From the NCBI GenBank assembly GCA_009103225.1, contig RHPI01002656.1, forward strand, positions 124,001 to 188,000: 64,000 nt of DNA, read 5' to 3'. The translations under genes and the position numbers were made by a program. The DNA is from Chlorokybus atmophyticus (taxonomy: Eukaryota > Plantae > Mesostigma and Chlorokybus algae). The notes under the pieces are model-generated. The model was not told the origin of the DNA. It saw only the letters and a program-made list of their open reading frames with translations, and searched no databases. Positions 36,301 through 50,549 of the stretch are shown in pieces; position 1 is the first letter of the stretch; every line of letters starts with the position of its first letter.

Positions 36301-37778
36301 TGGTGGCGCTGAATTGGGCATGATGAACATAGCCTCGACTAATATTTTCAGCTGCTGACTCGTCTCAAGCATAACACACATATGGGTACTATCAGGTGCA
36401 GAACATAGCTAAACACTACAGCTGAAATCCGACAAAACACCTTTACGTAGGTTGCCGAGAAACAGCGTGTCATGCTCTGAGCTGATGGTTACGCCAATCT
36501 TTCTTCCTTGCAGCTGTACATCACTGATTGAGAGGAATGAAACACGGCTGATACCTCAACCATAGTCTGCGGCTTGGAAAGCTACTGATGAACGAAAGCG
36601 AAGCATCCAACCATCGTTCACACCCATGCAAATACCTCAGTTTCATGCCTGCTTGTCGCACGCTGTGCGGCTTCCCTTGTGGTAAAGCGCAAGAATGCAA
36701 AGCCCTGTCGAAGTAGACTACCAGGGTCATGCACAAGTAATCGTGTGCAAGCATAGTAAATATGCAATCTCGTGCGCACTACACCTTGGACTCTCCCAAG
36801 GGATTCCGCATGATCTTGCAGGAAACTACCTCTCCAAACTCCTCAAACTCCTAACCATTGCATGCAGGTCAGGGCAGGACCATGTTGAGAGAGCTGAGCA
36901 CACACGCCAGATGATACAGCAGCACCTGAATGCTGCGAGCCGCCAAGCACAGGTGAATGTTACAAATGTAGCTCATTGAAGACACTCACCGTTCTTAGGT
37001 CGTCATCTGCAAGATGGCGAGGCAAGCCACCGATAAACACCTCAGCACCCCGTACTCTGGCTGCACCCACAAACAAGCAACGTAAGTACGAATCAATCAT
37101 CCTGACAATGTTCAGACCGTGACAGCAAAGCTCGCCATGCACACAGGAGCAAGAGTGAGCTGATTGAGCTGATATCTATCATACCCACAAGCATGCAACC
37201 AGTTACACAACGCTGACGCACCTCCGGTGCTGGGTGTAGTGCTGGGAGTTGGGGGAGAAGCAGGAGTGGTAGTGGGTTGTGCATGCGATATTGCCAAGGG
37301 AATGTCGGTTGGTTGAGGAGGTTGTGCAGTAGGATGCTCGGCACCATCGACTGCATGGTGTTCATCATGCCCAGCGCCTTCATTTGCATGCTCCAGAGGC
37401 GGCTGCACACAGATGTCAACTATGTAGCACAAAAGATGTTGAAACAGCCTGCTCTACTCTCAGGAACAACCACTGCTAGTGTTCCTCAGACTAGATCGGC
37501 GATTATGGCAACAGGTCCAGTTTAACGATTGAAGCTCTCAGCACCACGTCAACACCGTCAAATGCTGCATGCTAAACCAAGGACGTCTCCGGCTGACTTC
37601 CGAGTTGCGACAGACCAACCTCATTAGCAGCAGTTGTCGGCTGGTCAGCAGCATCCGTCTGCTGTTGTTCCAGCGGCGAGTTGACAGGCTCCCCAGTCGC
37701 GCCATCCTCAGCCGGCTCAGCGACCTGTGCTGGTACAGCAGCTGCAGCCTCCTCAGCAACCACACCCTCGTCAGCCAT
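33400..37778 (-). CDS. hnRNP Q/R (SYNCRIP)-like multi-RRM RNA-binding protein with P/Q/Y/G low-complexity tail
   Basis: Acidic N-terminus MADEGVVAEE...; RGAEVFIGGLPRHLADDDLR (RNP2); HNRGFAFIRFHDHA (RNP1); FKLGGVWRPVVDWAE; QVSLARP; tail YGAPGPGSYG... and YQPFSGVGGYSPPP...YYAERADF*. Confidence 0.85.
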
Positions 37779-37950
37779 CGTCGCTGCTACCGCCACCGCC
37801 GCCGCCAACACAGATCAACCCGTCACCTAGTTAGGGTTGAACTGTGCTGATTTTTGGCAGTGTTTTTGCACATTGTTTGCGTAGTAGAGTGTTGTTTGTT
37901 GTGTACTTGGTGTACGTTGTTGGGTCGAGCAGTCTTCTACGTGTTAGTTG

Positions 37951-40532
37951 ATGGCGAAGAAGGCGAAAGATAATAAGGAGAGGCGCAAAAGTAAAGACCG
38001 GAAGAAGGCCAAGCGGAAGAGGCACAGCAGCAGTGGCAGCAGCAGCGAGGACAGCGGTGGGGTGAGTAGTGATAATCAAGCTGCGTTGAAGGCGTCGTAT
38101 GAAACCGCTATCTTTCTGTCGTGTGCATGCTTTGCGCTCATAACTTTATCAGTGTTGTCATAACACCACCATAATACTGATTGAGCTAGCTCCGATTGAA
38201 GCTTGTCGCAGTGCACTATATATACAAGGTTGTTTGTAAGTTGGCAGCACGCATGTACATGTTAACTGTCATGCACTTATTGGTGTGCATGCCAAGCTGT
38301 CCGTTGCTTACGCTTTGTGTCACGGCTACTTGCCAGCATGAAACCAGCAGCAGTGAGGATGCCGTCAAGGCTGGCGACAGAGAAGTCGCCAAGAAGCTGT
38401 CCAAGCTCGAGCGCAAGCTGGCAAAGAAACGCAAGCGTCTGGTGAAGCTTGCCAAGGAACTGCAACTGGACCTGAAGGTCAGACTCAAGCACAGTGCGGC
38501 CAACGCTTGCTGCCTGGCAATGCATGCTGCTGTTGTAGCTAATCTGCCACAATCTGCCAGACAGATCCAGAGAGCAACAGCACCAAAGCACAGAAGAAGC
38601 GTGCGCGCAAGCTTGCAAAGCTGCAAAAGCTTGCAACTGAGGTGCATCCGGGATCATCGTCTGACTCCTCCGGCGCTGAAGAGGAGGCACCCAGCACGTC
38701 TTACACACCAGTCGCTGCCGTCAGCCGACCCATCAAGCATGCCACCAAGACATCAGTGCTTGCTGGTCAGCAGCAGCGCACGGAAGCCTGTTTAACCTTG
38801 CTCTTCTCCTATTATATCTGTGGCCATCTGACACACGCTGTAGCGCTTGTGCTCTCATTGCTTTACATAAGCCACACATGGTTACGCTACGGAGGGAGTG
38901 CTGATTCCCAAAATCAACTATCAAAGTTGCATACAGCTGTGTGTGCAACTCACCATGTCATGGTTGCCTGCAGGCGCAAGGATGCTGGATACCCCTCAGG
39001 AGCGGGCACGCCGCCAAGACAGGTTGAAACGCTTTGAGGGGCTTCTGGACGAGCCCCCATTGCAAGCGCAACCGCCCACTGCCAAGGTAACCGTAAAATC
39101 GTTTCGTGTCTGCAAGTCGACAGCTGGTTTATGCTTGATTGCTACCTGTCCAGAGCAAACATGGAGTATATGGCACAAGCACTGCTCTTGAGAAGCGTTA
39201 CCTGCGCCTCACCAGCGCACCGGACATGAGCACCGTGAGGCCACCTGAAGTGCTGCGACAGGTGGCATTATGCTGCAAGGATGATGATCATGATGATGTT
39301 ACTGTGACGTAGCGCTGCAGGTCGCCAACTTGTTTGTCACAGGCGCTACAACAAGTGAAGCAGAAATGGGTGAAGTGTGCTGAGTACAACAATGCTTGCG
39401 AGCAGCTGAAGAGCATTCGTCAGGATCTGACTGTGCAGCATGTCAAGACTGCGCTGACTGTGGACACGTATGTGCAATGCTGCGTGGTTGACCTTTGGTC
39501 TTCAACTCACTTATTGGCAGCCAATATCTGAAACAAGCTCCAGGTATGAGACGCATGCCCGCATAGCATTGGAGCGCAGCGACCACGCGGAGTACAATCA
39601 GTGTCAAAGCGTGTTGAAGTTGCTTTACAGGGAAGGCCTTCCGGTGAGTAATCTCTTGGTTGCACAGCTTGCCTTGCCGGTCCTGGAATGAGACTCATTG
39701 CTTGCTGCTGAGACGCTTACACCCCGAACGTCCATTGCAAGCTGGGTATGTCTGGCACTGCTATGTGCCTGAGCACTGCAGCTTCATTGATAGTTCTTGA
39801 CAGGGCCAAGAACCTGAGTTTGCAGCGTATCGCGTACTTTATTCCTTGGCCCATGGAGGAGGCCACAGCGAGTTGTTGGCTGAGCTGCGAAGTCTTGTGC
39901 CGGCGATTAGAGCTCACAAGTTTGTGTCGCATGCATTGCAGGTAACAGCTGTCACGCTATGCTGCTGTATTATCGTGTCCAAGTTGTGATCAAGCAACTC
40001 TGCAATGCAGGTTTGCTCTGCAATCAATCTGGGAGACCACCACAGCTTCTTTACACTCTATGACTGTGCACCACGCATGGCCCCTTACTTGATGGACAAG
40101 TTGACGTTACAAGTCAGGACTCGCACGTATCGTGTTTTGCTGCGGTAAGGCCCAATCACGTGCCTTGCAATGTTCACACTTGAAGCCTAGCCTAACCTGA
40201 ATTATACACCAATGCATCTGCAGCTCTTACCAGCCTAGTCTGCCGTTGAGCTTCGTTGCACGAGAGCTTGGGTTCGGCAACATTGAGGAGCGTAAGTTGT
40301 CCACAAAAGCGGCTAGGCTTGCGCAGCAGGCTGTGCTAAGGGACTGCCAAGAGTGGCTGCAGGTAATAGCAGACAGCGGTGTGCTCATTATCCATGTTTG
40401 CAATTCCATCAGAATGGTCATTGCCTTGTGCCATGGTAGGCCCAAGGCGGCGCTGTGGATTTGGAAAACGGTGTTCTTGACATCCGGTTATCCAAAGCAC
40501 CCAATGTCGGGCCGACAATTGATACTGCGTAG
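37951..40532 (+). CDS. SAC3/GANP-domain protein, LENG8/THP3-like
   Basis: Lys/Ser-rich N-terminus; [13 protein letters not shown]; [24 protein letters not shown]; [19 protein letters not shown]; [28 protein letters not shown]; [19 protein letters not shown]; [17 protein letters not shown]. Confidence 0.92.
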
Positions 40533-40880
40533 GTGGTTGCCTCATTGCAACGCGTCGTCACAGACTTGACTTATTTTGAACTGTTGAAGATAGGTTGCCC
40601 ATGCAACACCTCTCCGTCGCATAACAAGCAATACATGGCATTGTTTTGAATTTCCATCTAGTCACTGCCATGTCAAGGATCCTCCCCCAAACATAGCTAC
40701 GAAAGCTATGCATCATATGCATCATCATGCACACGCAAAATTTCGCTGCGATCGTGAAGCATGAGTGTTATGCCACAATGTGTTTCAAGTTATTTACAAT
40801 TTTCGCAGCAGTCATATTATGACATTTAAAGTACTTCATCTGCACGTTATGGCCTTTCCGCAAGGTTATTGTAAGAGGTT

Positions 40881-40928
40881 AAGATTGTTGTGACTATTAC
40901 AAATAAGATTGTTGTGACTATTACAAAT
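40881..40928. repeat. Perfect 24-bp tandem duplication
   Basis: AAGATTGTTGTGACTATTACAAAT x2. Confidence 0.9.
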
Positions 40929-41027
40929 GAACATCAACAAGTCAAACACATTGATCAACAGCTCATACAAGCATTGACAACAATCTAGAGGAGTACACAT
41001 CAATAAAATATTAATGAGTACTGTACG

Positions 41028-41063
41028 CATCACATCACATCACATCACATCACATCACATCAC
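41028..41063. repeat. (CACAT)n microsatellite
   Basis: Six full CACAT units at 41031-41060 plus partial flanks. Confidence 0.95.
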
Positions 41064-41660
41064 GATAAATGGTGACTCAATTATAGCAGTCGCTGATTAG
41101 CATTTACATCAGCAATGTCATCTGTTAATCAGAAGCTTGCAGCTTGAAGCTTAGTATGGCACAAGCACGACACACACAAATGTTTTTATTACAAGATTAC
41201 AATTCAACCAATAAAAGATAATTTGTTTTGTTTAAATATTACGCTACGGATGCGATAAGAGAATAGAAATATCCTGTAAGAGTAGACTCGATATCAATCC
41301 TCATAAGTCAGATTGCACCGCATCGTGAAGTGGTGAAAGTGTATCGGTGGTGGTGGTTCAATTGGCATCTGTGGACAAGACTCTATTGCCATGACCAACA
41401 GCACTGCCGTTGGTCATGGTACAGCAGGCTTGCAAAACTCACGCTATGTAGAGTCAGCTCCCATGCCTACATCCGGGGCGTCAACGGTAGCGCGTTTGCG
41501 CGGGAAGAACATCCGAACGTTGGCTAAAAGCTAGGGTTGCTGCCCGCTGACACCGCCCACGCGCACGCCTACACCGCCGCCGACGCCTTTGACGTGGCGG
41601 GCCTGGTGTTCAGCCTGCCCGCCTGTCTCCGAGGAACTGAGCCAAGCAAGCTAAGCCTAG

Positions 41661-44600
41661 ATGGGTCAGTCTGGCAGCAGGCAGGCGGATGAGCAGGACG
41701 ACGAGGATGCCCAGCAGGAGTACCACAGCGAGAAGCGTGGTCCCCCAGCTGACGACGGCGCCGCCGCAGCCGCCCCCGTGGCACCGGAGGCCGCAGCCGC
41801 CGTGAAACTGTACAAGTACGACCCCTCTGTCAAGGAGTGGAAGCTCGCCGCGGCGCCGGTGCAGCCGGAGTATGAGGAGGATGTGGAGGGTTTGGGCAAC
41901 GCCAAGTTCATGTGGTAAGCATGCAGGCATTGCAACTGGATGGTGACATACTGTCAGGAAAGCTAGCCCATGTAGTTGCCAGTTTCTGTTCATCAAACGT
42001 CCTCATACTTATGGGCATCCATTTTGCACTTATTAGCGATGACTGGGTCCTAAACTGCATGTCGGCGCATCAGCAATTGTTCAGTGCTTCCCTCTGTTAT
42101 TGCGGATGACCAAACACTCAACAGTTACAGCACGCACTTAAGTCGTTCAAACTCTTGCGACTAGGTGTCGGTACTAGCAATTGTGTGTAGGACACTGGGG
42201 TTGTTGCTGTCGTGGTATTGCACAGCTCTCAGAACTTACTGAGAGCTGCACATGCAAGTTTGCTATATGTTGGGACACTTGTAAAACAACACTACCTTGC
42301 TTCGCTAGTGCGGATAAAGCAGCTGGTACGCATGCTATGTTGAGACTCTTACAGTGGCCCCCAACCTCGAACAGTGCACATTGTCAGTTGAAGCACTGTT
42401 GCGTGCTATGCTGCAATTTGGATGAGTGCGTGCTCTCAGACTATGATATGCTTGTGCACTTACATGTGTTGGCTTAGGTACCTCACAGTGGAGCCGGAAG
42501 TGTCCGTGCTTGTCAACGACAACTGCCGACTGCATGCCGATGCGCGGCGGAAGATGGTGTCGTTTGTTGCTGAAAGCGTGTGGGCACTTCGCTTTCGTGA
42601 CGATAGCAGGTAAACTGAAGAAACCTAGGAGGCTCTGAGTGTGTAAAAACAGCGTGCTTGCCAGCTTGCATAGTTGTGGACACTGCCATATAATCATCTA
42701 GTTAAGGGTATTATGGTCATGTCCATCCCAACATATCTTGCTATGCAGATACAATAAGTTCCTGCAGGATTGGCAGGGCCACCTGTTTGAAAATACTTAT
42801 CAGGTAGCGGCCACGGATGCGGGCCGCAAGAAAATATTTGGCGAAGAGTTCATGGACTGGGCTCAAGGACAAGATGCTGAGGGTGCCGAATTCGGCACTC
42901 AAGACGAGGATGAGACAGAGCCTGATGAAGTGACATATGACGAGCAAAAGGCTGGGCATTCAACAGTGAGTAAATGCTTGCATGTGGATTGTTACGTTCC
43001 GCAAATTATTGCATGAGTCGCAAGCAATCAGAGCCAAGCACCTTGCGCAGATGTCAGACTTTAAACTCATGTTGTTGCAATGGTGGCGTGATAATTATGA
43101 GACAATGCACGCCTGTACCTTCATGTCAACACTCTTTTCACGTGCAGGGCCCAGAAGCAAGTTACTTGGAGCTGGGTGCGTTGGACAACAGCTTTGTCAT
43201 TCGCGGCTCTGGCGTGGATGTGTATCGCAACATCCTCAATGGCGTGCAGAGTGCTGGCGTGAGTGTCAATCTTCGTGACCCTTCCGGCGCGAGCATCACG
43301 CCCATGAAAGCGATGTTGGCGCAGAGGGTACGGTTATCGCCACAAGTCACTGCATCGTTGTGTGTGTGCACACATAGAGTCTGTGCAGCTGCTGTGGCAC
43401 ATTGTCATTGCTTTCGGGCATCAGGTTCAACGCTGATGAGACTTGTTGTGTTTCTGTAGGAACGCACACTGCTCATGATGAGCCCAGAGAGAAGAAAGGG
43501 CGTTTATCAAATGGACATTGAAACTGAGAAGGTTGTCGCTGAGTGGACTTTCAAGAAAGATGGTGCTGACATCGGAATGCGCGACATTCAGAGCGACACA
43601 AAGAGCGCTCAACTGGAAGAACGGTGAGCTGCTGTAGATGGAAGACAGCTACATTCATATTGTTGCTGGCAAGAATCTGCTGACAATGTGCGTGTGAACG
43701 CAGGGACACTTTTCTTGGATTGGACGACAATCGGTTGGCGCGATGGGACATGCGCGACGCCAAAGGCATGGTGCAGCAGCTCAATTCTACTCCAGTCTTG
43801 GGCTACGCTGGAGGGCATGACTTCAGCAGAGGGACCAACTTCAGGTGTGTATGCAGCAAATTTGATTTCTACTCATGCTCTGACCTGTGCTCTGACAATG
43901 TCTTGTGTGTTTTGTTTGCAGGTGTATGGCAACTACCGGTGACGGCAGTGTAGCTGTCGGGTCGGAAGATGGCAAGATACGTCTTTACAACGACAGGACC
44001 CTCTCGAGAGCCAAAACTGCATTCCCTGGCTTGGGCGCACCAATGACTGCAATTGATGTCACGTATAACGGCCACTGGGTCCTGGCTACTACAAACTCCT
44101 ACCTGTTAGTGCTTAGTGCTGCTGCCACAGACAAGACTGGGCCAACCACTGGCTTCAAGGTAAGCCAGTACTGAGAGTGTCAACAGGTTGACTAAGGATG
44201 CATGTGTTGCTGAAGCTGCGTTGTGCGCAAACAGGCTCGCCTCGGTGCAAAGATCGCGGCGCCTCGCCTGTTGAAGCTGCATTTGGAGGACGTGATAGCC
44301 ATGAACCGGGCTCCGCTGCGTGATGCAAGGTTCTCCTGGGTGACAGAAAACGGGAAGAAGGTGAGTTGATGAGCTGCAGAGTGCCATAATTCAGTGTAAC
44401 CTGAGATTTGTAGATCGTGAAATGTAATGGGCTCGACCTTTGCAACAGGAACGGTGGGTGGTGGCTTCTGTTGGCAACGACACAGTTGTCTGGAACTTCA
44501 CGCGCGTCAAGGATCGTAGCCACGAGTGTTATATTGGCACTGAAGGTCTTAAGACCTGCTACTGCTACAGGTGAGTTTGCATTCACAATCCAGGACGCAA

Positions 44601-44850
44601 TCACATGCTGTATGCATGTGCATGCGTCAGGTTCAGGAGATGTTTGTGTAAGCAGCGTGCGTGTTGACTGTCTCTTGTGCTTGGCAGGCTTATACCCAAA
44701 AGCGAGCAGGTTGTTGCGAGCGAGTTCATGCACGACCGCCATTCATCGGGTGATGGCCAACTGGTCGTTGCCACGCCACATGATGTGTACTCGTACACCG
44801 CACGTGCTGGCAGACGATCTTCTGCTGCTCACATGACCCCAACAAGGTAG
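41661..44850 (+). CDS. VID27: VID27/CYPRO4-like WD40-type protein
   Basis: MGQSGS start; KLYKYDP..KEWK; [28 protein letters not shown]; [17 protein letters not shown]; [31 protein letters not shown]; [28 protein letters not shown]; PRLLKL; [20 protein letters not shown]. Stop TAG 44848-44850. Confidence 0.93.
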
Positions 44851-47444
44851 TCGTTCACAGCAACAAGCTGCTGTGCTTGTACATATAGTTGCAGCTGTAC
44901 ATCTGTACAGCTTTACAAGACTGCAACAACTTCATTCGGCCTAAGTTATTGGCCTTTGCTGCCCCAGCACTGCCACCAGTGGCATTGTGGTGTTGAAGTG
45001 CTTATCAGTGGCTCTGTCTTATACTGCAAGCTGCTGGCTGCAAAAGTCGTGCTTAGCATCTGCATGGAACTCTTCTAAAATCTGCGTGCCCACAGCGCGT
45101 GGAATTGTAGCGCAGCAGTTCATTTGTTATGGTGTCTTGCTGCAGTCAGCCATACAGAAATTTGCAATCTCAGTCGATAATGAGTTGGAAACATAGTTGC
45201 ATGTGCGTACAATACAAATGCACAATGCCTAATTCAATTTCAACCACTCGTAATCAATAGCCTGCTATCACGCGTATGGGCTTTTCAATAGTGCAGATGC
45301 ACAATTGCGCACTAACACGCGTATGGTCCATCAATGGGATGTCCACTTCTCGCCGTGATGCCCATGAAATTGTGGTAGGTTATCATATTGCGCAATAATG
45401 ACGTGCCTACGCATGCCGGCCAATTATTGAATACATGCTGCACTTGTGCAAAATCTGTATGTTTTGTAACCTTTTTTGTACATGGGACTCCGTCTTTATG
45501 CGTGAATGTGCATAAATTTCAGGCCTCTCTACTTCACCCCCATTACCTTAATAGGTATGAGCTTGTGTTATTGCATGTGCACACGTGACTCATTTAACTT
45601 GAGCTATACTGGCATGCGATACATAAAGTCTAAATGCAAATTTTCTTATGCAAGCAAAGCTCATCAGTAAACATAACAGCCCATTGTAATATGCCGTAAC
45701 GAACATACCGTAGTGCTCCGCAAGTTTTATAGAAGGCGCTCGTTCAATTGTTGTGAAAACCCCACCAACATAGACAATGTGGTAGCATATCATGGTGATA
45801 GAGCAAGGGGCCACAAATTGCATGCAAAGTACCGATATCATGCAAGCTGATAGACAATTCGTTTGAATTCAACATGCGGTATAGCATTGCAGCATTTAAC
45901 CAGTCTTATATACGCATGAAATATCCATTACTGCGATAGCGATAACATACTGCATTTACTCGTTTTAAGTGCCCCCCGTATTACTGTTTAACCCCCTGGA
46001 ATTTCAAAGGAGGCACACTGTTAGGCTATATTATGCCCCCTTCTCGTAAACAGTGCCCTCCTGTTGTTGGGTTACGCATATAAAGGAGGAAGCTACACTT
46101 GAGTCACGGTTTTGTTACGTTAGTATTGTGTTAGAATTACATGTAGTCAAATACAATTAGTGAGTGTAATCGTATTCAAAAGAAGTGCTCCCTTCCGAAT
46201 AGAGTGCCCCCTCATAAATTATGGAGGGGCACTTTGGACGGTAACCTAATGTTTGAAGTCGTGCAGCAAATCACCGGTATACCAAACAGTGACTACACCA
46301 GTTACCACACGGTAACTTACCAGGTATGCAGGGAGCAGTCATGCAGCACGACACCTCATGCAGAAAGAATGCAGGCTGCCTTGCTGCAGGAGAGTCCTCT
46401 GGCAGTTCCACGGCGCGAGTAACTGCCGCGCTCGCGCGCAGGAATCCCAAAAGTCGTGTGGCGGCCAGAACTGCCAGCAACAATCATCAGACCCTGCCCA
46501 GGGCAGGCTGCCGCCCTTGGCGGCAAAAGGCCACACTTTGATGAACCCACGCCCTCAATCTCCAAGCCAAGCTCCAAAGCAGGCACTCGGTCGTGTTTGC
46601 GTGCTAGACGACCGGTACCAGCGGCGTGATGACCGGACGCCGTCAGCGAGCGGCCCTTTGACCCCGAAAAGGTGGCAATTGCAAGGCGGTTAACAACCAC
46701 CCGCTCACGCAGTTACTTGACCGACGTGGCGCGGCACCAGTGCTGGCCACGCGCCCCAAGCTACAGGCAGGGGTGGAGCCTGCGCGGTTTTAACTGCAGT
46801 TGCCCATCTTGGACACCTAGCCTAGGTGACCGGCTGTCTGGGTACGGATTCCCAAACTACACGTGACTGCCGTCTCGTCCCCGCGTGAAGCATCGCGCTT
46901 GCAGCAATAGTTCGCCAACACTTCCTAACTGGACGCGACATCGGCGGCTTTTGCGGCTCTGAATATTTGCTACGCGACAAACAGACTTGCGTCCCTGGTT
47001 AGAAGAGCGTCCTCTAACTGACGGTACCCGGCCGATATCGCATGTTCCTTGCAGAGGATGTACGGCGAAACCCCTTTGCCGGACGCGTATATCATTGCTG
47101 CAACCGCGGTTAAGCCCGCGTCCCCACTGCGCCGCGGTCCATCGACAACGGATCAGAGATTCAAGCGACAGTGTCGCAGGCGGCTCGCAGCGACACAGCA
47201 CTAAGGGTTCTGATTACGAAGATGCCGGTAGAAACGAGTCAATTTATTTGTGTAGCTTATGCTTGATAACGAGGACAGGCAGTACAGGTCCTGAGTGACT
47301 GGTTGTTTTCGGTCACACAAGCAGACACACGGACAGCTTGTATAAAGTGTGCGTGTGTCTGTGCCGAGAGTGTTCAATTTTTGGTGCATTGCCGCAGCGG
47401 CGGCGGCGTCCCTGTAGTTGCCGTGGCCGTCATCGTTGGTCACC

Positions 47445-50400
47445 ATGGTGTACGGGTACGGCCCGGAGTGCCTCTCCACGTGCAGTGACCAGTTGGCGAG
47501 CTGCAATGTCGGCGGCTACAACCAGGCCTGCCAAGTAAGCATGCAGTGAGCATGCAATGCTTAGGCAGCGCTCTGTCGTGCAATGCAGTTCAAGGCAAAG
47601 CAGTGGCAAGTGTGTGACATGCATTTCCAATGCTCTGTGGGTGTGTCTCTTCCCTCATGAAAAGCATGCAATGCGAATTAAGATGACACCTGTGTCTACT
47701 TCTTGCAGCAAGAAACTTCCATCTCAGCTGGAGGCGGCTATGCTCTCGTCATTGGCCAGGCCATTCTCTTCATTGTCCTCACCAGCGGTGTGGTAAGTGC
47801 ACACCAAAGAACAATCTAGCTGACAAAGAGATTGCATGTGGTCAGTTGAGCATGCACCCGCACGCACGTCCACCCACAGGTGTGGCTCGAGGGCAAGCTC
47901 ACCCACAAGGAGGGCGAGATCAACAACAGCGAGTGGTTCAACACTGCCGGCCGCAGCGTGAAGACTGGCCTAATTGGTTCCGTGATCGTCTCTCAATGGA
48001 CATGGGCAGCTACACTGTTACAATCCTCTACTGTGGCCTTCAAATACGGCATCTCGGGCCCTTTTTGGTACGCTTCTGGAGCTACTGTGCAAATTTTACT
48101 GTTTGGAACCCTAGCTGTGGAGTTGAAGCGAAAAGCTGGCAACGCCCATACCATGCTGGAGATCATGCGCGCGCGTCACGGCACCGTTGGCCACATCGTC
48201 TTCATGATCTTTGGCTTCATGACCAACCTCATCGTGACTGGGATGCTTCTCCTCGGCGGTGCCGCCGCCATCAACATCGTCACGGGTACGAGCAACTACG
48301 CCGTCGTGTTCCTCATCCCCATCGGAGTGCTCTTCTACACGTGGCACGGGGGGTTGAAGGCCACATTCCTGGGACACTACTTCAACACTGTCACCATCAT
48401 GGTCATCCTACTCTGCTTCTGCTTCACTGTCTACACCAAAGACAAGGCAGGCGATGCTGCCATCTGCCCCAACGCACTCACAACGAGGGATTACGTTGGC
48501 AGCGCTGGAACCATGTACGACATGCTCGAGCTACGACGAGAGTATGCAATCAACGCATCCAAGCTAGAAGGATGCGACGCCAAAGCATACTTCCCATTCC
48601 TCGACAACCATGGCCAGGTGGGTGTGTATGACACGCACACCCACACGCACATGCCCACACACATACGCGCGCACGCGCACATGCACACGCGCACTCTTAC
48701 TCACCCCCATGCTGCTTCTGTTCCCGCACATACACGCAATCACCCACATACACACCATTACTCCTTCTCACCCTCTTCTCCCCTCTTCAGACTCTCCTCA
48801 CCATGTCTTCCAAGGGCGGTCTCGTCTTCGGCATCATCAACCTCGTTGGCAACTTCGGCACAGTCTTTGTCGACCAGTCCTACTGGCAATCCGCCATCGC
48901 CACCCGTCCTGAGATGACCGTCAAGGGTTTCTTGTTGGGTGGGTTAGTGTGGTTCTCCATCCCGTTCACGCTGGCGACTTCGCTCGGGTTGGCGGCGCAA
49001 GCCATGGGTGGGTTGGGGATCACCGCCAAGAGTGCGGGAGATGGCATCGTGCCGCCTTTAGCGGCGCAGAGACTCATGGGGAAAGGAGGAGCCATTGCGA
49101 TCTTGATACAACTGCTCATGGCGGTCACGTCGACGGGAAGCTCTGAGCTCATTGCGGTGAGTGCATGTGTGTGCGCTTGTGCATGCTAGTGCGTGTACGT
49201 GTGCCTTTGTGCGTGTCTGCAACTCTGCGTGCGCTTGTGCGTGTGTGATGTTGTTGTCACTGACTCAGCTACGACTTGCATGTGAGTATGTGTGGCTTTT
49301 TGTCACAATGCTGCCAACTGACTGGTATTGGTACGTGTGTCACAGATGAGTTCCCTGGTCACCTACGACATGTACAAGACCTACCTCCGTCCCAACGCTT
49401 CTGCCAAGGAGATCCTGATGGTGTCTCGTGTCAGCGTGATCGTGTTGGGTTGTCTCATGGGCGTGCTGGGCGTGATCCTCGAGGTGTCCACGCTGTCCCT
49501 CGGCTTTGTGTACCTCGCCATGGGCGTGTTCATTGGCTCCGCCGTCGCGCCCATTGCGCTGTCGCTGCTGTGGAAGAACGTCACGTGCGCCAATGTGGTC
49601 ACGTCGGCACTGGTTGGGCTTGGAGCTGCCCTCGCGACGTGGCTCTCTTATGCAAAGCGCTATGGAGCGATCAACCTCGACACACTCGGCGATGACTACA
49701 CCATGTAAGTTATGAAATTACAGCACAACATGTTCGTGCATGTGTATATAGTGCCTGCGCACACATACATGCACACATGTTCACTCATCCTTTCATGCAG
49801 ACTGACTTCAATCTCTTTGTCTCAGGCTCTACGGTAACATTGTTGCCATCGGTTCGAGTGCCTTCATCTGCGTGGTGTGGGGTTTCCTTTTCCCCAACAA
49901 GACCTTCAAGTGGGAGGACATCAACGCGAACATCAAGGTGTTCGAGTCCGGAGATGAGAAGGTTGACGTGACGAAGCAGGAGCTCGACCGCATCTTCTAC
50001 TGGTCACTCTTCTGGGGAGGCGGCCTCACATGCGTGCTCATCCTCTTCTGGCCACTCCCAATGTAAGCACCTGACTGTTGATTGTGCACACGCACACATG
50101 TGCCCACCCGCACACAGACAGAAGTGCAGACATGCATGCGTGTGCTTGTGTGTTCGCGCGCATGCATGCACACACACATGCGTGTATTGCTATACTCCTG
50201 TGCCCCTGTGCACACATGCCTACATCACGTGCACATACACCCCCACCCACACGCGCACACATGCGGTGCACTCCACCCACGTCTTCTCTCCTTCCCTTCC
50301 AGGTACTTCGCCAACTACTCCTTCAGCAAGGGCTTCTTCACCTTCTGGGTCGTTCTGGCGGTCACCTGGGCCTTCATCGGTTCCGTCATTATCATCCTGG

Positions 50401-50549
50401 CTCCGTTGTGGGAATCCCGCGGCATCTTCATGCGCTGGTTCGGCAGGAAGGGAGAGTCTGATACCACAAAGACGATGTCGCCGCCGCCCGGGTTGCCTGT
50501 GGGGACGGAGTTGAGCGTGGCGAAGAGTGAGGCGGCTGCGGTTGCGTAG
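47445..50549 (+). CDS. DUR3: DUR3-type urea active transporter (sodium:solute symporter family)
   Basis: [60 protein letters not shown]; [28 protein letters not shown]; [26 protein letters not shown]; FSKGFFTFW. Confidence 0.97.

Noticed and set aside
46200-47300. GC-rich ORF cluster upstream of DUR3 as a transposon or viral gene
   Set aside because: No transposase, RT, integrase or viral motifs, and no terminal repeats or target-site duplications found.
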